64,000 nucleotides of DNA from Calditrichaceae bacterium (GTDB taxonomy: Bacteria > Calditrichota > Calditrichia > Calditrichales > JBFXGD01): positions 584 to 64,583 of the forward strand of contig JBFXLE010000008.1 in NCBI GenBank assembly GCA_050173015.1, given 5' to 3'. The stretch's first letter is position 1; each line of letters opens with the position of its first letter. The notes beneath the pieces were generated by a model that was not told the origin of the DNA, did not search any database, and worked only from the letters and a program-made list of their open reading frames with translations. Below, piece by piece: positions 1 through 9,699 of the stretch. The position numbers and the translations under genes are program-made.

Positions 1-519
1 GTCCCGCAACACAATCGTTGAATCTTAAACTCTTAACTCTTTTCTCTTTTTTCTTTTATCTTTTATCTTTTTTGTACATCCTTCCAAGGTACCCAAAGAT
101 GCCTGCGGCATGACATACGGGTAGATTTACCGGTTTCACCGCGGTTGACTATGACATCGCGTACCCGGATTGGGACGTCCCTACTCTTACACTCTTAACT
201 CTTTTCTCTTAACGCTCTTTAATTCTCACTTCTTACTTCCTACTTCTCACTTTCCCTATTTCGCCCCGAAGAGTCCCGCAACACAATCGTTGAATCTTAA
301 ACTCTTAACTCTTTTCTCTTTTTTCTTTTATCTTTTATCTTTTTTGTACATCCTTCCAAGGTACCCAAAGATGCCTGCGGCATGACATACGGGTAGATTA
401 ACCGGTTTTCATCGCGGTTGACTATGACATCGCTTGCCCGGATTGGCCCACCTCTACTCTTACACTCTTAACTCTTTTCTCTTAACGCTCTTTAATTCTC
501 ACTTCTTACTTCCTACTTC
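1..519. repeat. Two diverged tandem copies of a ~272 bp unit (1-~246 and 273-~519) containing heptamer microrepeats; may continue left of the window
   Basis: gtcccgcaacacaatcgttgaatc starts at 1 and 273. About the first 127 nt are identical, then a few substitutions and indels appear. Internal ACTCTTA, TTTTATC and TACTTCC heptamers. Confidence 0.95.
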
Positions 520-2506
520 CTACTTTTCTCTCTCTCCCTACTTTCCCTATCTCATCCCTGATCACGGCGGCCTTCTCAAATTCAAGATTGGCGGCCGCGG
601 ACAACATTTCTTTTGTAAGACGTTCGATGAGTTCTTCGCTGCTCATATGATCACCATAATTGATCGTGCTCTCGGCCACCTTTGGCAGGCTTTTGCTCAC
701 ATCCGCCACCGAGGTGGTGCGAAGAATTTCTTCGGTTGTTTTAAAAATTGTCTGTGGTGATATATCATGCGCGCGGTTGTATTCGATCTGTTTCTCCCTG
801 CGCCGTCCGGATTCATCCATCGTTCGTCTCATTGAATCCGTCACACGATCCGCGTAGAAAATGACTTTTCCTCCAATATTTCTCGCGGCTCTGCCCGCTG
901 TTTGCATCAGTGAAACATAAGATCTTAGAAAGCCTTCTTTGTCAGCGTCGAGAACAGCGACAAGAGAAACTTCCGGTAAATCCAGTCCCTCTCTCAGTAA
1001 ATTAATCCCAACCAGAACATCAAATTCGGCAAGTCTTAAGTCGCGTAAAATGCCAACCCGGTCCAGAGCGTGGATTTCCGAATGCAGGTACCGTACACGA
1101 ATTCCCGCCGCCTGAAGATAATCCGCCAGATCTTCCGACATCCTCTTTGTAAGAGTCGTCACCAGCACCCGCTCTTTTACGGCAACTCTCTCATGAATCT
1201 CATTTATGAGATCATCAATTTGGGTCGAAACAGGCCTAATCTCTATTTCAGGATCTATTAATCCTGTAGGACGAATCACCTGTTCGACGAATACTCCGTC
1301 GCTTTTGCTAAACTCATAATCCGAGGGTGTGGCTGAAACAAAAACGGTCTGATTCATCCTTTTTTCAAATTCATGAAATTTTAGTGGTCTGTTGTCCAGC
1401 GCGCTGGGCAGGCGGAATCCATAACGGACCAAATTCTCTTTCCTGGAACGGTCCCCGTTATACATGGCTTTGATTTGCGGGATAGTCTGATGTGATTCAT
1501 CAATAATGACAAGAAAATCTTTTGGGAAAAAATCCAGCAGCGTGTATGGCGGTTCACCGGCTTTACGACCGGAAATATGTCTTGAATAATTTTCAATGCC
1601 CGAGCAATAACCAATTTCCGACATCATTTCCAAATCAAAATTTGTCCGCATTTCGAGACGTTGCGCTTCGAGCAATTGATTCTCGGATCTCATCTTTTCC
1701 AGCTGCCCGGCGAGTTCCACGCGAATTGAGTCCATGGCCCGCTGCATCTTTTCGCCGGTGGTTACAAAGTGTTTCGCCGGGAAAATGAAAGCTTGATCGA
1801 TCTTATCCGTACCCTTTCCCGTCAAAGGATCTATTCTCTGAATTCGTTCAATTTCGTTTCCAAAAAATTCAAGCCTGTAGGCGAATTCTTCATATGCCGG
1901 ATAAATATCTACAATATCGCCGCGTATGCGAAATGTACCGCGCTGAAAATCAAAATCATTTCTGGAATACTGAATATCGACCAGTTTGAGCAAAAAGTCT
2001 TGCCGGTTGTACGACTGACCCCGCTCCAGCACAACAACCATATCCTTATAATCGGCAGGAGAACCAATACCATATATACAACTGACGCTCGCGATCACAA
2101 TCACATCTTTCCGGGCAAGCAGCGAACTCGTTGCCTTCAATCGAAGCCGGTCAATTTCATCGTTTATTGACGCGTCTTTTTCTATATAGGTATCTGTTGT
2201 GGGAAGATAGGCCTCCGGCTGATAATAATCATAGTAGCTTATAAAAAATTCAACGGCATTTTCAGGAAAGAATCCTTTAAATTCGCCAAACAGCTGCGCC
2301 GCGAGAGTTTTGTTATGCGAGATCACCAGCGTCGGTTTATTTATTCTCGCGATAACATTTGCCATAGTAAACGTTTTACCGCTGCCGGTCACTCCGAGGA
2401 GTGTCTGGTGTGAATCTCCCCTTTCCAAACCTGCAACGAGTTCGTCAATGGCCTGAGGCTGATCGCCCTGAGGCTCATAAATCGATTTTAGTTTAAACTG
2501 ATCCAT
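506..2506 (-). CDS. uvrB: Excinuclease ABC subunit B
   Basis: Walker [30 protein letters not shown]-terminal UVR motif ([11 protein letters not shown]). Confidence 0.99.
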   Translation of the reverse strand: MDQFKLKSIYEPQGDQPQAIDELVAGLERGDSHQTLLGVTGSGKTFTMANVIARINKPTLVISHNKTLAAQLFGEFKGFFPENAVEFFISYYDYYQPEAYLPTTDTYIEKDASINDEIDRLRLKATSSLLARKDVIVIASVSCIYGIGSPADYKDMVVVLERGQSYNRQDFLLKLVDIQYSRNDFDFQRGTFRIRGDIVDIYPAYEEFAYRLEFFGNEIERIQRIDPLTGKGTDKIDQAFIFPAKHFVTTGEKMQRAMDSIRVELAGQLEKMRSENQLLEAQRLEMRTNFDLEMMSEIGYCSGIENYSRHISGRKAGEPPYTLLDFFPKDFLVIIDESHQTIPQIKAMYNGDRSRKENLVRYGFRLPSALDNRPLKFHEFEKRMNQTVFVSATPSDYEFSKSDGVFVEQVIRPTGLIDPEIEIRPVSTQIDDLINEIHERVAVKERVLVTTLTKRMSEDLADYLQAAGIRVRYLHSEIHALDRVGILRDLRLAEFDVLVGINLLREGLDLPEVSLVAVLDADKEGFLRSYVSLMQTAGRAARNIGGKVIFYADRVTDSMRRTMDESGRRREKQIEYNRAHDISPQTIFKTTEEILRTTSVADVSKSLPKVAESTINYGDHMSSEELIERLTKEMLSAAANLEFEKAAVIRDEIGKVGRERKVGSRK

Positions 2507-2579
2507 GGCAACAATTTATTTTGTTTACGTATATAATATAAATTACCTTTCAAAATTAAAAAAAAATAAAGTCTTATGC

Positions 2580-2606
2580 TAACTTTTTTGGTATCACTCT
2601 GTCTAT
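2580..2606 (+). promoter_or_regulatory. Putative ECF-type autoregulatory promoter
   Basis: TAACTT-N16-TCTAT resembles the sigmaE-type GAACTT-N16-TCTRA; it lies just upstream of the AGGAGG RBS of the ECF sigma gene. Confidence 0.45.
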
Positions 2607-2623
2607 ATTGACAGGAGGTAAAA

Positions 2624-3196
2624 TTGAGTTTGACAGATTTTGAACTGGTCCGGGAAACACTTGGTGGATCAACCATCGCGTTTGATGAGCTGATGCGGAG
2701 ATATGAAAAACTGGTATACAGAATCGCGTTTGGGTTTGGGAAGAATAATGATAATTCAATGGATATCACTCAGAATGTATTCCTGAAAACATACGAGAAA
2801 CTGCATTCATTCAAAATGAACAGCTCGTTTAAAACATGGATAACCAGGATTGCATTTAACGAGGGTATAAATTGGACAAGGAAGAATCGACATTCATCTT
2901 CACAAGAATTATTTGATGAGGGCATCATGAATTATGAGAATAAAAGCATTTCTCAGGAAGATGAGTTTTTGGCGAGAGAAAATAAATCTCAGCTCATTCA
3001 GAGCCTGTTCGCCTTAAACACAAGATACAGGCTCGCGGTGGTGCTGCGATATTTTGAAGATATGCCTGTAAAAGAGATCGCCGGTGTTTTGGAGTGCAGT
3101 GAAGGTGTGGTTAAAAGTATGCTCTTCCGCAGCCTTCAGCGGCTTAAAAACAATTTGCGGCAATCAGATATTGGAGATAATTATGGCCAAGTGTAA
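2624..3196 (+). CDS. ECF RNA polymerase sigma factor
   Basis: Region 2 (DITQNVFLK, SSFKTWITRIAFN) and region 4 (EIAGVLECSEGVVKSMLFR); TTG start after AGGAGG. Confidence 0.95.
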   Translation: MSLTDFELVRETLGGSTIAFDELMRRYEKLVYRIAFGFGKNNDNSMDITQNVFLKTYEKLHSFKMNSSFKTWITRIAFNEGINWTRKNRHSSSQELFDEGIMNYENKSISQEDEFLARENKSQLIQSLFALNTRYRLAVVLRYFEDMPVKEIAGVLECSEGVVKSMLFRSLQRLKNNLRQSDIGDNYGQV

Positions 3197-4124
3197 ATTA
3201 TATGATGAATTAATTCAGAAGCTTATCGCCAATGAGATTAGTTCCTTCGAAAAAACACGACTCTTCGAACATATGGGGAGTTGTGAGCGTTGCCGGGAAT
3301 TGCTGGCAGCGCACGATCTGCTTCAGGAAACTGCAAAAGGATTGGAGATACCGGATACTGACGCATTTTCCGAAATGAGGAACCATGTTCTCCACGACAT
3401 AAAATTCTCCGGAATAAACAAAAAAAAGATATGGCATCGGAAAATTTTACCCACTTTATTAACGCCGTTCCGGCATCCGGCATGGGCAGCAGCAATTGCC
3501 GCCGTATTATTCCTGACGGGCTTCATCGGTGGAAGGTTTATGCAGAAGAACGGATTCGGAGTAGAAAACGGCTTAATCCGGCAAATCAATTATTCCGCGG
3601 AACAAAACAGGGAAATCGGCCAGGCCGAGAACTCCCCCTATATTTTCAGTAATGTTAATTTTATAGAAATTGACAATGACAATATCGCGCTCAGTTTTGA
3701 TGTAACCACTCATCTTGAGATGAAACGCTCAAAAACAGACCCGGTTGTAAAAGAAGTCCTGACGCAGGCATTGCTGAATCCTGAATCAGTCGGCAATCGT
3801 CTGAAATCCATCTCCCTGGCTGAGGAAGTTCCTGATCCAAAAATTAAAGAAGCGCTGATATCCGCCATGATCAATGATCCCAATCTTGGCGTTCGGCAAA
3901 AAGCGATGCAGGCTCTTGCCGGAATTCCCAATGACGAACGGATTAAAGATGTGTTTTTATCCCTGTTGAAAAATGAGGAGTCCACCAATATGCGACTAAT
4001 GGCAATCGACTACCTTACAAACAGCAAAACCAGTGAAGACATGCTTGAAAAAGCCATTCAGGGTATGGAACCCGGAAAAGATGCCGCGGTCATTTACAAA
4101 GTCAATAAATATTTAAACCAATAA
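3183..4124 (+). CDS. Anti-sigma factor: zinc-finger (ZAS) N-terminus, one TM helix, HEAT-repeat-like periplasmic domain
   Basis: HxxxCxxC (HMGSCERC), TM AWAAAIAAVLFLTGFIGG, HEAT-like DPNLGVRQKAMQAL; ATG at 3183 after GGAG, overlapping the sigma gene end. Confidence 0.85.
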   Translation: MAKCKLYDELIQKLIANEISSFEKTRLFEHMGSCERCRELLAAHDLLQETAKGLEIPDTDAFSEMRNHVLHDIKFSGINKKKIWHRKILPTLLTPFRHPAWAAAIAAVLFLTGFIGGRFMQKNGFGVENGLIRQINYSAEQNREIGQAENSPYIFSNVNFIEIDNDNIALSFDVTTHLEMKRSKTDPVVKEVLTQALLNPESVGNRLKSISLAEEVPDPKIKEALISAMINDPNLGVRQKAMQALAGIPNDERIKDVFLSLLKNEESTNMRLMAIDYLTNSKTSEDMLEKAIQGMEPGKDAAVIYKVNKYLNQ

Positions 4125-4135
4125 AGGGGATATAT

Positions 4136-5263
4136 GTGATGAGAAAATTAATCATAATCCTGTTGACAATTCCTATTCTCACCGGATTACTCGCCGGCGC
4201 GAATCTCGAACGTGAATTTAAACTTCCTATGGGGAAAAATATATCCGTGGACATCAGCACGGGAGGTTCCGTTAGTGTTTTTGGTTGGGATAAGGAAAAA
4301 GTGAGTGTAAAAGTCGAATACCGCGGCAGGGAAATCGATGAAAAACTCGTTCAGTTTGAGAGTACTAAATCGGGACTTAACATCACCATTGAGGCCGATA
4401 ATGATTACCATGGCAGCCTTCATTTTTATATCCAGGCGCCCAGAAAGTCAGATATTGAGATAGAGACGATGGGCGGAGATATTGAGCTTGAAAATCTTGA
4501 AGGTACTTTTTCCGGTCAGACCATGGGCGGAGAATTGGATCTAAGGAAACTCAAAGGAAAGGCCGAGCTGACAACATTCGGCGGGAAAATCACTCTTAAA
4601 GATTCTGACATCGACGGTGAACTAAAAACCATGGGCGGCAAGGTGCTTTTTGAGAATGTGGTCGGGAATATTAAGGGCACTTCACTAGGCGGTAACGTCA
4701 CCTATAAAAATGTATCAAACCGTGTCGGTGATTATAAGGCCAGGGGAGATGAAGTTTATATATCAACAATGGGCGGAGAAATTAATGTGGATGACGCGCC
4801 CATGGGCGCGAATGTAAAAACCATGGGCGGAGATATTCATATCCGCCGGGCCAAAGAATACGTTCAAGCCAAAACTATGGGTGGTGAAATTGTTATTGAC
4901 GGGATCGACGGCTGGGTTAAGGCGACTACCATGGGAGGCAATGTATCGGTGGTCATGGCGGGAAATCCTGAGAAAGGTGAACGTCATGTGGAGCTTTCGT
5001 CCATGGGTGGTGACATCGAGTTGACACTGCCCAAAGAATTATCTGCTGACTTTGATATCGAACTGATTTTTACAAAAAACAGCCGGAAGAATTATAAGAT
5101 CCGAAGCGATTTTGATCTTAAAATTGAAGAGTCTGATGATTGGGAATATAGCCGTGGCACACCAAGAAAGTATATCAGGGGCACCGGTTCTGTAAAAGGC
5201 GGTAAACATTCCGTTTCTGTTTCAACTATTAACGGAGAAATCCGGATTAAAAAGAGTAATTGA
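4136..5263 (+). CDS. Exported DUF4097-like beta-strand repeat protein
   Basis: Signal peptide; about 10 TMGG-type repeats at ~18 aa spacing; C-terminal VSTINGEIRI. Confidence 0.85.
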   Translation: MMRKLIIILLTIPILTGLLAGANLEREFKLPMGKNISVDISTGGSVSVFGWDKEKVSVKVEYRGREIDEKLVQFESTKSGLNITIEADNDYHGSLHFYIQAPRKSDIEIETMGGDIELENLEGTFSGQTMGGELDLRKLKGKAELTTFGGKITLKDSDIDGELKTMGGKVLFENVVGNIKGTSLGGNVTYKNVSNRVGDYKARGDEVYISTMGGEINVDDAPMGANVKTMGGDIHIRRAKEYVQAKTMGGEIVIDGIDGWVKATTMGGNVSVVMAGNPEKGERHVELSSMGGDIELTLPKELSADFDIELIFTKNSRKNYKIRSDFDLKIEESDDWEYSRGTPRKYIRGTGSVKGGKHSVSVSTINGEIRIKKSN

Positions 5264-5276
5264 TATTTTTTCAATT

Positions 5277-5312
5277 AAAAAAGCCCGGGCTTGTTTAATT
5301 CCGGGCTTTTTT
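5277..5312. terminator. Bidirectional intrinsic terminator
   Basis: AAAAAAGCCCGG-N12-CCGGGCTTTTTT between convergent genes. Confidence 0.85.
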
Positions 5313-5377
5313 AATAGCCAGGATTAACGGGGGAAGTTTAATTTCCGGCTATTATTCATAATCTCTATACAAACCAA

Positions 5378-5989
5378 CTATTTAGCGGCTACCAGATTTA
5401 GTTTGAGTATAAAATCATCATAAATCAGTTTGTCTCCTAAACCTTGGAAAAAACTACCCGAGCCGTATCTCACATTAAATTTCGCCCTGTTTACGGTAAT
5501 TTGCGCATTGGCGTTCAATTTACCGTTTTTTACATTAATTACAGCGGGAAATTCAATCGGATGAGTGATTCCTTTTATCGTCAGATTGCCTTTGATGTTA
5601 TAATTATATTGAGAATTTTCCTTATTAGCTGCTTCTTTTACATCTGTGATAACAAACCTGGATACCGGAAAGGAGGCGACCGAGAAAAAATCATCCGATT
5701 TTAAATGATTCATTAGTTTATTCTTATATTCCGGATCCTGGAGATCCAAATTCACAATAGAAGCCATATCGATCTCAAACTCACCGCCTGAAATTTTACC
5801 TTTTACAAGATTTAATCTCCCTTGTTTTAAGTTAATGGTGCCGGTATGCTCCCCTGTCACTTTTTTCCCGAACCATTCGATACTGCTTTCGGCGGGATTA
5901 AAGACATATTCCTGCGCATTTGTCTTTTCTATCGCGAACGAAAAGTTAAACATGAATATTACAAACAAAAAAGTGATAAATCTCTTCAT
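5378..5989 (-). CDS. YceI family lipid/polyisoprenoid-binding protein
   Basis: Signal peptide; W-x-GKKVTGEH-x-G, HLKSDDFF, GNLTIKGIT. Confidence 0.95.
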   Translation of the reverse strand: MKRFITFLFVIFMFNFSFAIEKTNAQEYVFNPAESSIEWFGKKVTGEHTGTINLKQGRLNLVKGKISGGEFEIDMASIVNLDLQDPEYKNKLMNHLKSDDFFSVASFPVSRFVITDVKEAANKENSQYNYNIKGNLTIKGITHPIEFPAVINVKNGKLNANAQITVNRAKFNVRYGSGSFFQGLGDKLIYDDFILKLNLVAAK

Positions 5990-6068
5990 AAGTATCTCCT
6001 GTAAATTAATGTATTCTATTTATTAATGTTGTTAACTTTTAATACAAATTATATATTCCCAAACATTT

Positions 6069-6082
6069 AATGTATATACACT
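6069..6082. promoter_or_regulatory. Putative MarR operator upstream of yceI
   Basis: Palindrome TGTATATACA (6071-6080); related TGTTACAACA at 6601-6610 upstream of marR. Confidence 0.5.
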
Positions 6083-6098
6083 TTTTATAATAAAAAAA

Positions 6099-6548
6099 TT
6101 ACCCGCGCAGCATATCGAGTAACTTGTTCAACTCATTTACTTCATCAGGACTCAATGTATAAAACTGTTTTTCCCATTCTTTTTCCAGTTCATCAATTTT
6201 TTTCAGTACATCCAGACCTTCTTGCGTAATCACCACATCCACCGCTCTTCGGTCATTTTCACATATATGTCGATCCACTAAGCCCTTTATTCTGAGTTTT
6301 TCAACCAGTCTTGATGCATTCGACATTTTATCGAGCATGCGGTCTTTAAGCAGATTAACCCGCGCGGGTTCCGGATACTGACCTCTGAGTATGCGAAGTA
6401 TGTTAAACTGCTGCGGCGATATTCCATATTTTTTTAATCTATTGGAAAGCAGCGAGTTCATCCATCCATGGGTAAACATTATATTAACAATCATTTTTTG
6501 ATACTCATTTTTAAATGTCTTCTGTTTAATTTCTTTTTCCAGTTCCAT
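6099..6548 (-). CDS. MarR family transcriptional regulator
   Basis: QQFNILRILRG, SNASRLVEKL, DRRAVDVVIT wHTH motifs; ATG at 6548 has an AGGA RBS. Confidence 0.95.
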   Translation of the reverse strand: MELEKEIKQKTFKNEYQKMIVNIMFTHGWMNSLLSNRLKKYGISPQQFNILRILRGQYPEPARVNLLKDRMLDKMSNASRLVEKLRIKGLVDRHICENDRRAVDVVITQEGLDVLKKIDELEKEWEKQFYTLSPDEVNELNKLLDMLRG

Positions 6549-6702
6549 TTCCAAATCCTGAAGTTTGTTAAACTTTAATAATGTATGTCTATATTTTTAG
6601 TGTTACAACATCTTTTTTGTGCATTAAAATTCCCCACGGCTTGATTGATTATTTTCGTAAATTGTGCTTTTCTTAACAAATGATGAAATATTTCATTCAC
6701 TA

Positions 6703-6754
6703 TTGACGGTTACAGTTAACAATCTTAAATTTCTGTTAGTATATTACAACTCAT
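6703..6754 (+). promoter_or_regulatory. Sigma70 promoter plus TetR operator (copy 1)
   Basis: TTGACG-N17-TAAATT followed by TCT-GTTAGT-N8-ACTCAT. Confidence 0.65.
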
Positions 6755-6766
6755 AGGAAAGAAACA

Positions 6767-7357
6767 ATGGTAAAATTGGACACTGAAACAAGACAAAAAC
6801 AAATTATTGAAGTGTCGCTTCGATTAATAAAAGAAGGCGGCATTCAAAACATGACGATGAAACGCATCGCGGATGAGGTGGGAATTTCCGAACAGGCCAT
6901 TTATCGTCATTTTGACAGCAAACTGGAACTTCTCACCGCCATCATCCGTCAATTTGACAAACATTTTGTCTCGGTTTTTAGCAAAATCAAGTCGATCGAA
7001 AACTCAGTTCAGCAGATTACTCAATATATCGATACACACCTGATTTATTTCACTCAAAATCCGGCCGCGGCCGCCGTAATTTTTTCAGAAGAGATTTTTC
7101 AGAATGAAGAAACACTTGTTCAGGAAGTAAAAAAGCTTCTTGAAAAGCGCATACAGTTTGTCACCGAACTGATGCAAAATGGCCAGAACCGCGGAGAAAT
7201 CAAAACCGAATATAGCGCCGACACTCTCGCCGTTCTTACACTCGGTGCGATGAGAATATTGATTACTTCCTGGAGACTGTCCAATTTCTCTTTTGATCTC
7301 AAAAGCAGAAGCAAATCGATTATCGATGACTTGATCAAAATGCTTCAGGTTAAGTAG
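6767..7357 (+). CDS. TetR/AcrR family regulator (paralogue 1)
   Basis: N-terminal HTH IADEVGISEQAIYRHFDSK. Confidence 0.95.
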   Translation: MVKLDTETRQKQIIEVSLRLIKEGGIQNMTMKRIADEVGISEQAIYRHFDSKLELLTAIIRQFDKHFVSVFSKIKSIENSVQQITQYIDTHLIYFTQNPAAAAVIFSEEIFQNEETLVQEVKKLLEKRIQFVTELMQNGQNRGEIKTEYSADTLAVLTLGAMRILITSWRLSNFSFDLKSRSKSIIDDLIKMLQVK

Positions 7358-7531
7358 AAAGTAGTATTGGTCATTCCGCGGACAAAACGTCAAAATGAAC
7401 GACGTAAACATTTCTTCATTCGCCGTGGTCAATTTAGAGAAGAACAGTTTTTACAAACCCTTATTGGATGACTTATGACACCCGATGCAAGGTAACTCAT
7501 GGAATGAATAGTAACATTGGGAGATTCTGAA

Positions 7532-8140
7532 ATGAAAAAAATTAATGCAGTGGACCGGATCGTTTTGCTTTTGACAGGATTACTGGCTGCGTATCAGGTT
7601 GTTGAAGGAATGCACGGTTATGAATTTTGGACTACCTTTTATTATACAACAGCGTTTGGTGTGCTTTTAATCGCCGGTCTGTTGATTATATTGTTTGGAT
7701 TTGATATTCTCGATAGCCCCATGGTTGTGGTTGTGGCCACCATCCTTCCCCTCACTCTTTCTCTTGGTCTGATATCCAATTATTTACCGGAATATCATAG
7801 CGGCTATTCGATTTTCGCCATTGCCGGTTTTATTTTAGTGGCAGTGACCCGATATACCACCGGCGGAAAATCCGCGACTATTTCCCTTGCCATCGTTCAT
7901 GGTATCGCCGGGATGATCATTTTTCTGTTGCCTATAATCTTTAGCATACGGGGCAATACCAATCCGGTGTTCGCGTTCGTCGGATTAGGCGGGGCGCTTA
8001 TCGGATTAGGCGGATTATTGCTCGCTTTTTTAAAAGCCGGTAAACCCATTCTTTCGCGTGATCTTATCTTTATGATTCTGCCCCTACTTCTGCTTTTAAT
8101 GACCGCTTCTTTTGTGATCGGATTTTCAGGAGCCGTCTAA
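7532..8140 (+). CDS. Uncharacterised ~7-TM membrane protein (paralogue 1)
   Basis: About seven hydrophobic helices; shares GGxLIGxGGxxLAFLKAGxPILS and HxxAG with 9008 and 13104; ATG at 7532 after GGGAG. Confidence 0.85.
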   Translation: MKKINAVDRIVLLLTGLLAAYQVVEGMHGYEFWTTFYYTTAFGVLLIAGLLIILFGFDILDSPMVVVVATILPLTLSLGLISNYLPEYHSGYSIFAIAGFILVAVTRYTTGGKSATISLAIVHGIAGMIIFLLPIIFSIRGNTNPVFAFVGLGGALIGLGGLLLAFLKAGKPILSRDLIFMILPLLLLLMTASFVIGFSGAV

Positions 8141-8192
8141 ATTCTTTCAGACGGAATATGATCTTAATATTTAATTTCAATTTGCTACGACA

Positions 8193-8222
8193 CCCCGTCT
8201 TAAATAAAGACGGGGAGTTTAT
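8193..8222 (+). terminator. Hairpin, probable terminator
   Basis: CCCCGTCTT-aaata-AAGACGGGG followed by AGTTTAT. Confidence 0.55.
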
Positions 8223-8278
8223 TCAATAGCAACTTTCAGACAATCAATTTCCTTTAAGTGAAAAAAATATTTTTTTTA

Positions 8279-8330
8279 TTGACATGAGATATTGTAGTTA
8301 TTAAGTTTCTGTTAGTAGATATAAACTAAC
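8279..8330 (+). promoter_or_regulatory. Sigma70 promoter plus TetR operator (copy 2)
   Basis: TTGACA-N17-TAAGTT followed by TCT-GTTAGT-N8-ACTAAC (perfect half-sites, 8311-8330). Confidence 0.75.
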
Positions 8331-8351
8331 TTAAACATTATGGACTAAATT

Positions 8352-8942
8352 ATGCAGAAATTGGATACCGCTACCAGACAGAAACAGATCGTACAGGTCT
8401 CTCTTGAAATTATTAAGACCGGTGGCATTCAGAATCTTACAATTAAAGAAATTTCAAAGCATATCGGTATCTCCGAACAGGCCATTTACAGGCATTTTGA
8501 CAATAAACTGGCCATATTAATCGCTATCATTCAATATTTTAATGAGCACTTCAAACATGTCTTTGAAAGCAGCCAGTATTTTGGCACCCCGCTTCAGCAG
8601 ATTGAGAAACTCATTAATGATCATTTATTATATTTTGACCGTAATCCGGCTACGGCGGCCGTCATTTTTTCGGAAGAAATTTTTCAAAACGACTCTACCC
8701 TTGTGGATGAAGTACATAAACTGGTGGATCGCAGAATACGTTTTGTGACCGCGCTCATTAAAAAAGGTCAGAAGATGGGTGAAATCAAAGATCAGTTCGT
8801 CCCGGAAAATCTGGCTTATATCATTCTCGGTACATTAAGATTTTTTGTTACTAAATGGCGTCTGACCAACTTCTCATTTAGTCTTCAGGCAAGAGGTGAG
8901 ACGTTGTCTCAGGATCTGATTAAATTTATACGATGTCAATAA
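8352..8942 (+). CDS. TetR/AcrR family regulator (paralogue 2)
   Basis: HTH GISEQAIYRHFD identical to paralogue 1; same length (196 aa). Confidence 0.95.
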   Translation: MQKLDTATRQKQIVQVSLEIIKTGGIQNLTIKEISKHIGISEQAIYRHFDNKLAILIAIIQYFNEHFKHVFESSQYFGTPLQQIEKLINDHLLYFDRNPATAAVIFSEEIFQNDSTLVDEVHKLVDRRIRFVTALIKKGQKMGEIKDQFVPENLAYIILGTLRFFVTKWRLTNFSFSLQARGETLSQDLIKFIRCQ

Positions 8943-8970
8943 GCAACGGGAAAATTATTTAGTTAATTTA

Positions 8971-8990
8971 GTTAGTTTTTATTAACTAAC
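8971..8990. promoter_or_regulatory. TetR operator (copy 3)
   Basis: GTTAGT-TTTTATTA-ACTAAC just upstream of the RBS of 9008. Confidence 0.7.
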
Positions 8991-9007
8991 ATTTTAAAAG
9001 GAGAGTC

Positions 9008-9637
9008 ATGATGAGTTTATTTGATCAACTTACGCTGCTCTTAACCGGCCTGGTCGCGATCTATATTATCTCGAAGTTTTACAGGGATTTTAAAGTTGAC
9101 GTTGCCAGACCTATCCATGACATCTATTATATGATCGGATTTACCGTATTACTGGTGGCCGGATTATTAATGATATTCCTGGGATTTGATGTTCTCGCGA
9201 ATCCCCTCGTAGTCGTTGTTGCGGCATTTATTCCCTTCGCATTATCCATCGGTCTTATATCCGAATTTTATCCCAAATTCGAGAAAATGTATCTTATTTT
9301 TGCTCTAATTGGTCTGATTTTGATTTTCCTGACACGTACTACAGAGTCAACCGTTCTTAGAACTCTTATCCTCGCTGTCTTTCACTCTGTGGCAGGCATA
9401 ACTATTTTTTTAGTACCTATTCTCGCGTCTAAAAACCAAAAAACCACCAATCAGTTTATCTGGGTTACTGTCGGCGGGACTTTGATCGGTATCGGTGGAA
9501 TCGCTCTTGCTTTTCTAAAAGCAGGCACTCCTATCCTGTCAAAAGAACTGATTTTTACCATATTAACCCCGCTTTTATTTCTGATGGCCGTGTCTTTTGC
9601 ATTCGGTTTTGCAAAAAAGATGGACTATCAAAAATGA
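9008..9637 (+). CDS. Uncharacterised ~7-TM membrane protein (paralogue 2)
   Basis: FHSVAG and GGTLIGIGGIALAFLKAGTPILS; AGGAG RBS. Confidence 0.85.
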   Translation: MMSLFDQLTLLLTGLVAIYIISKFYRDFKVDVARPIHDIYYMIGFTVLLVAGLLMIFLGFDVLANPLVVVVAAFIPFALSIGLISEFYPKFEKMYLIFALIGLILIFLTRTTESTVLRTLILAVFHSVAGITIFLVPILASKNQKTTNQFIWVTVGGTLIGIGGIALAFLKAGTPILSKELIFTILTPLLFLMAVSFAFGFAKKMDYQK

Positions 9638-9699
9638 ATATATGAATAACAACAATTTGAATTAATTAATTAATACTAACTTAAGGAAGGGTTTTAAGT

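Noticed and set aside
1-519. Possible CRISPR array
   Set aside because: The unit is ~272 bp and duplicated throughout, with no short repeat/unique spacer pattern and no cas genes.
170-760. ORFs 170-385 and 434-760
   Set aside because: They are low-complexity translations of the heptamer repeat and of the uvrB antisense strand.
3084-3182. Longer N-terminus for the anti-sigma ORF
   Set aside because: It overlaps the sigma gene deeply; ATG 3183 has an RBS and begins the ZAS domain.
7358-7516. Possible structured RNA (TCATTCC at 7371 / GGAATGA at 7501)
   Set aside because: Only a 7 bp long-range complement, with no recognisable family; could be chance.
7532-8140. 7-TM proteins as microbial rhodopsins
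   Set aside because: No DxxxK-type retinal lysine in the last helix of any of the three paralogues.
8193-8217. IS200/IS605-type end hairpin
   Set aside because: No tnpA/tnpB nearby; its position after a stop codon fits a terminator.
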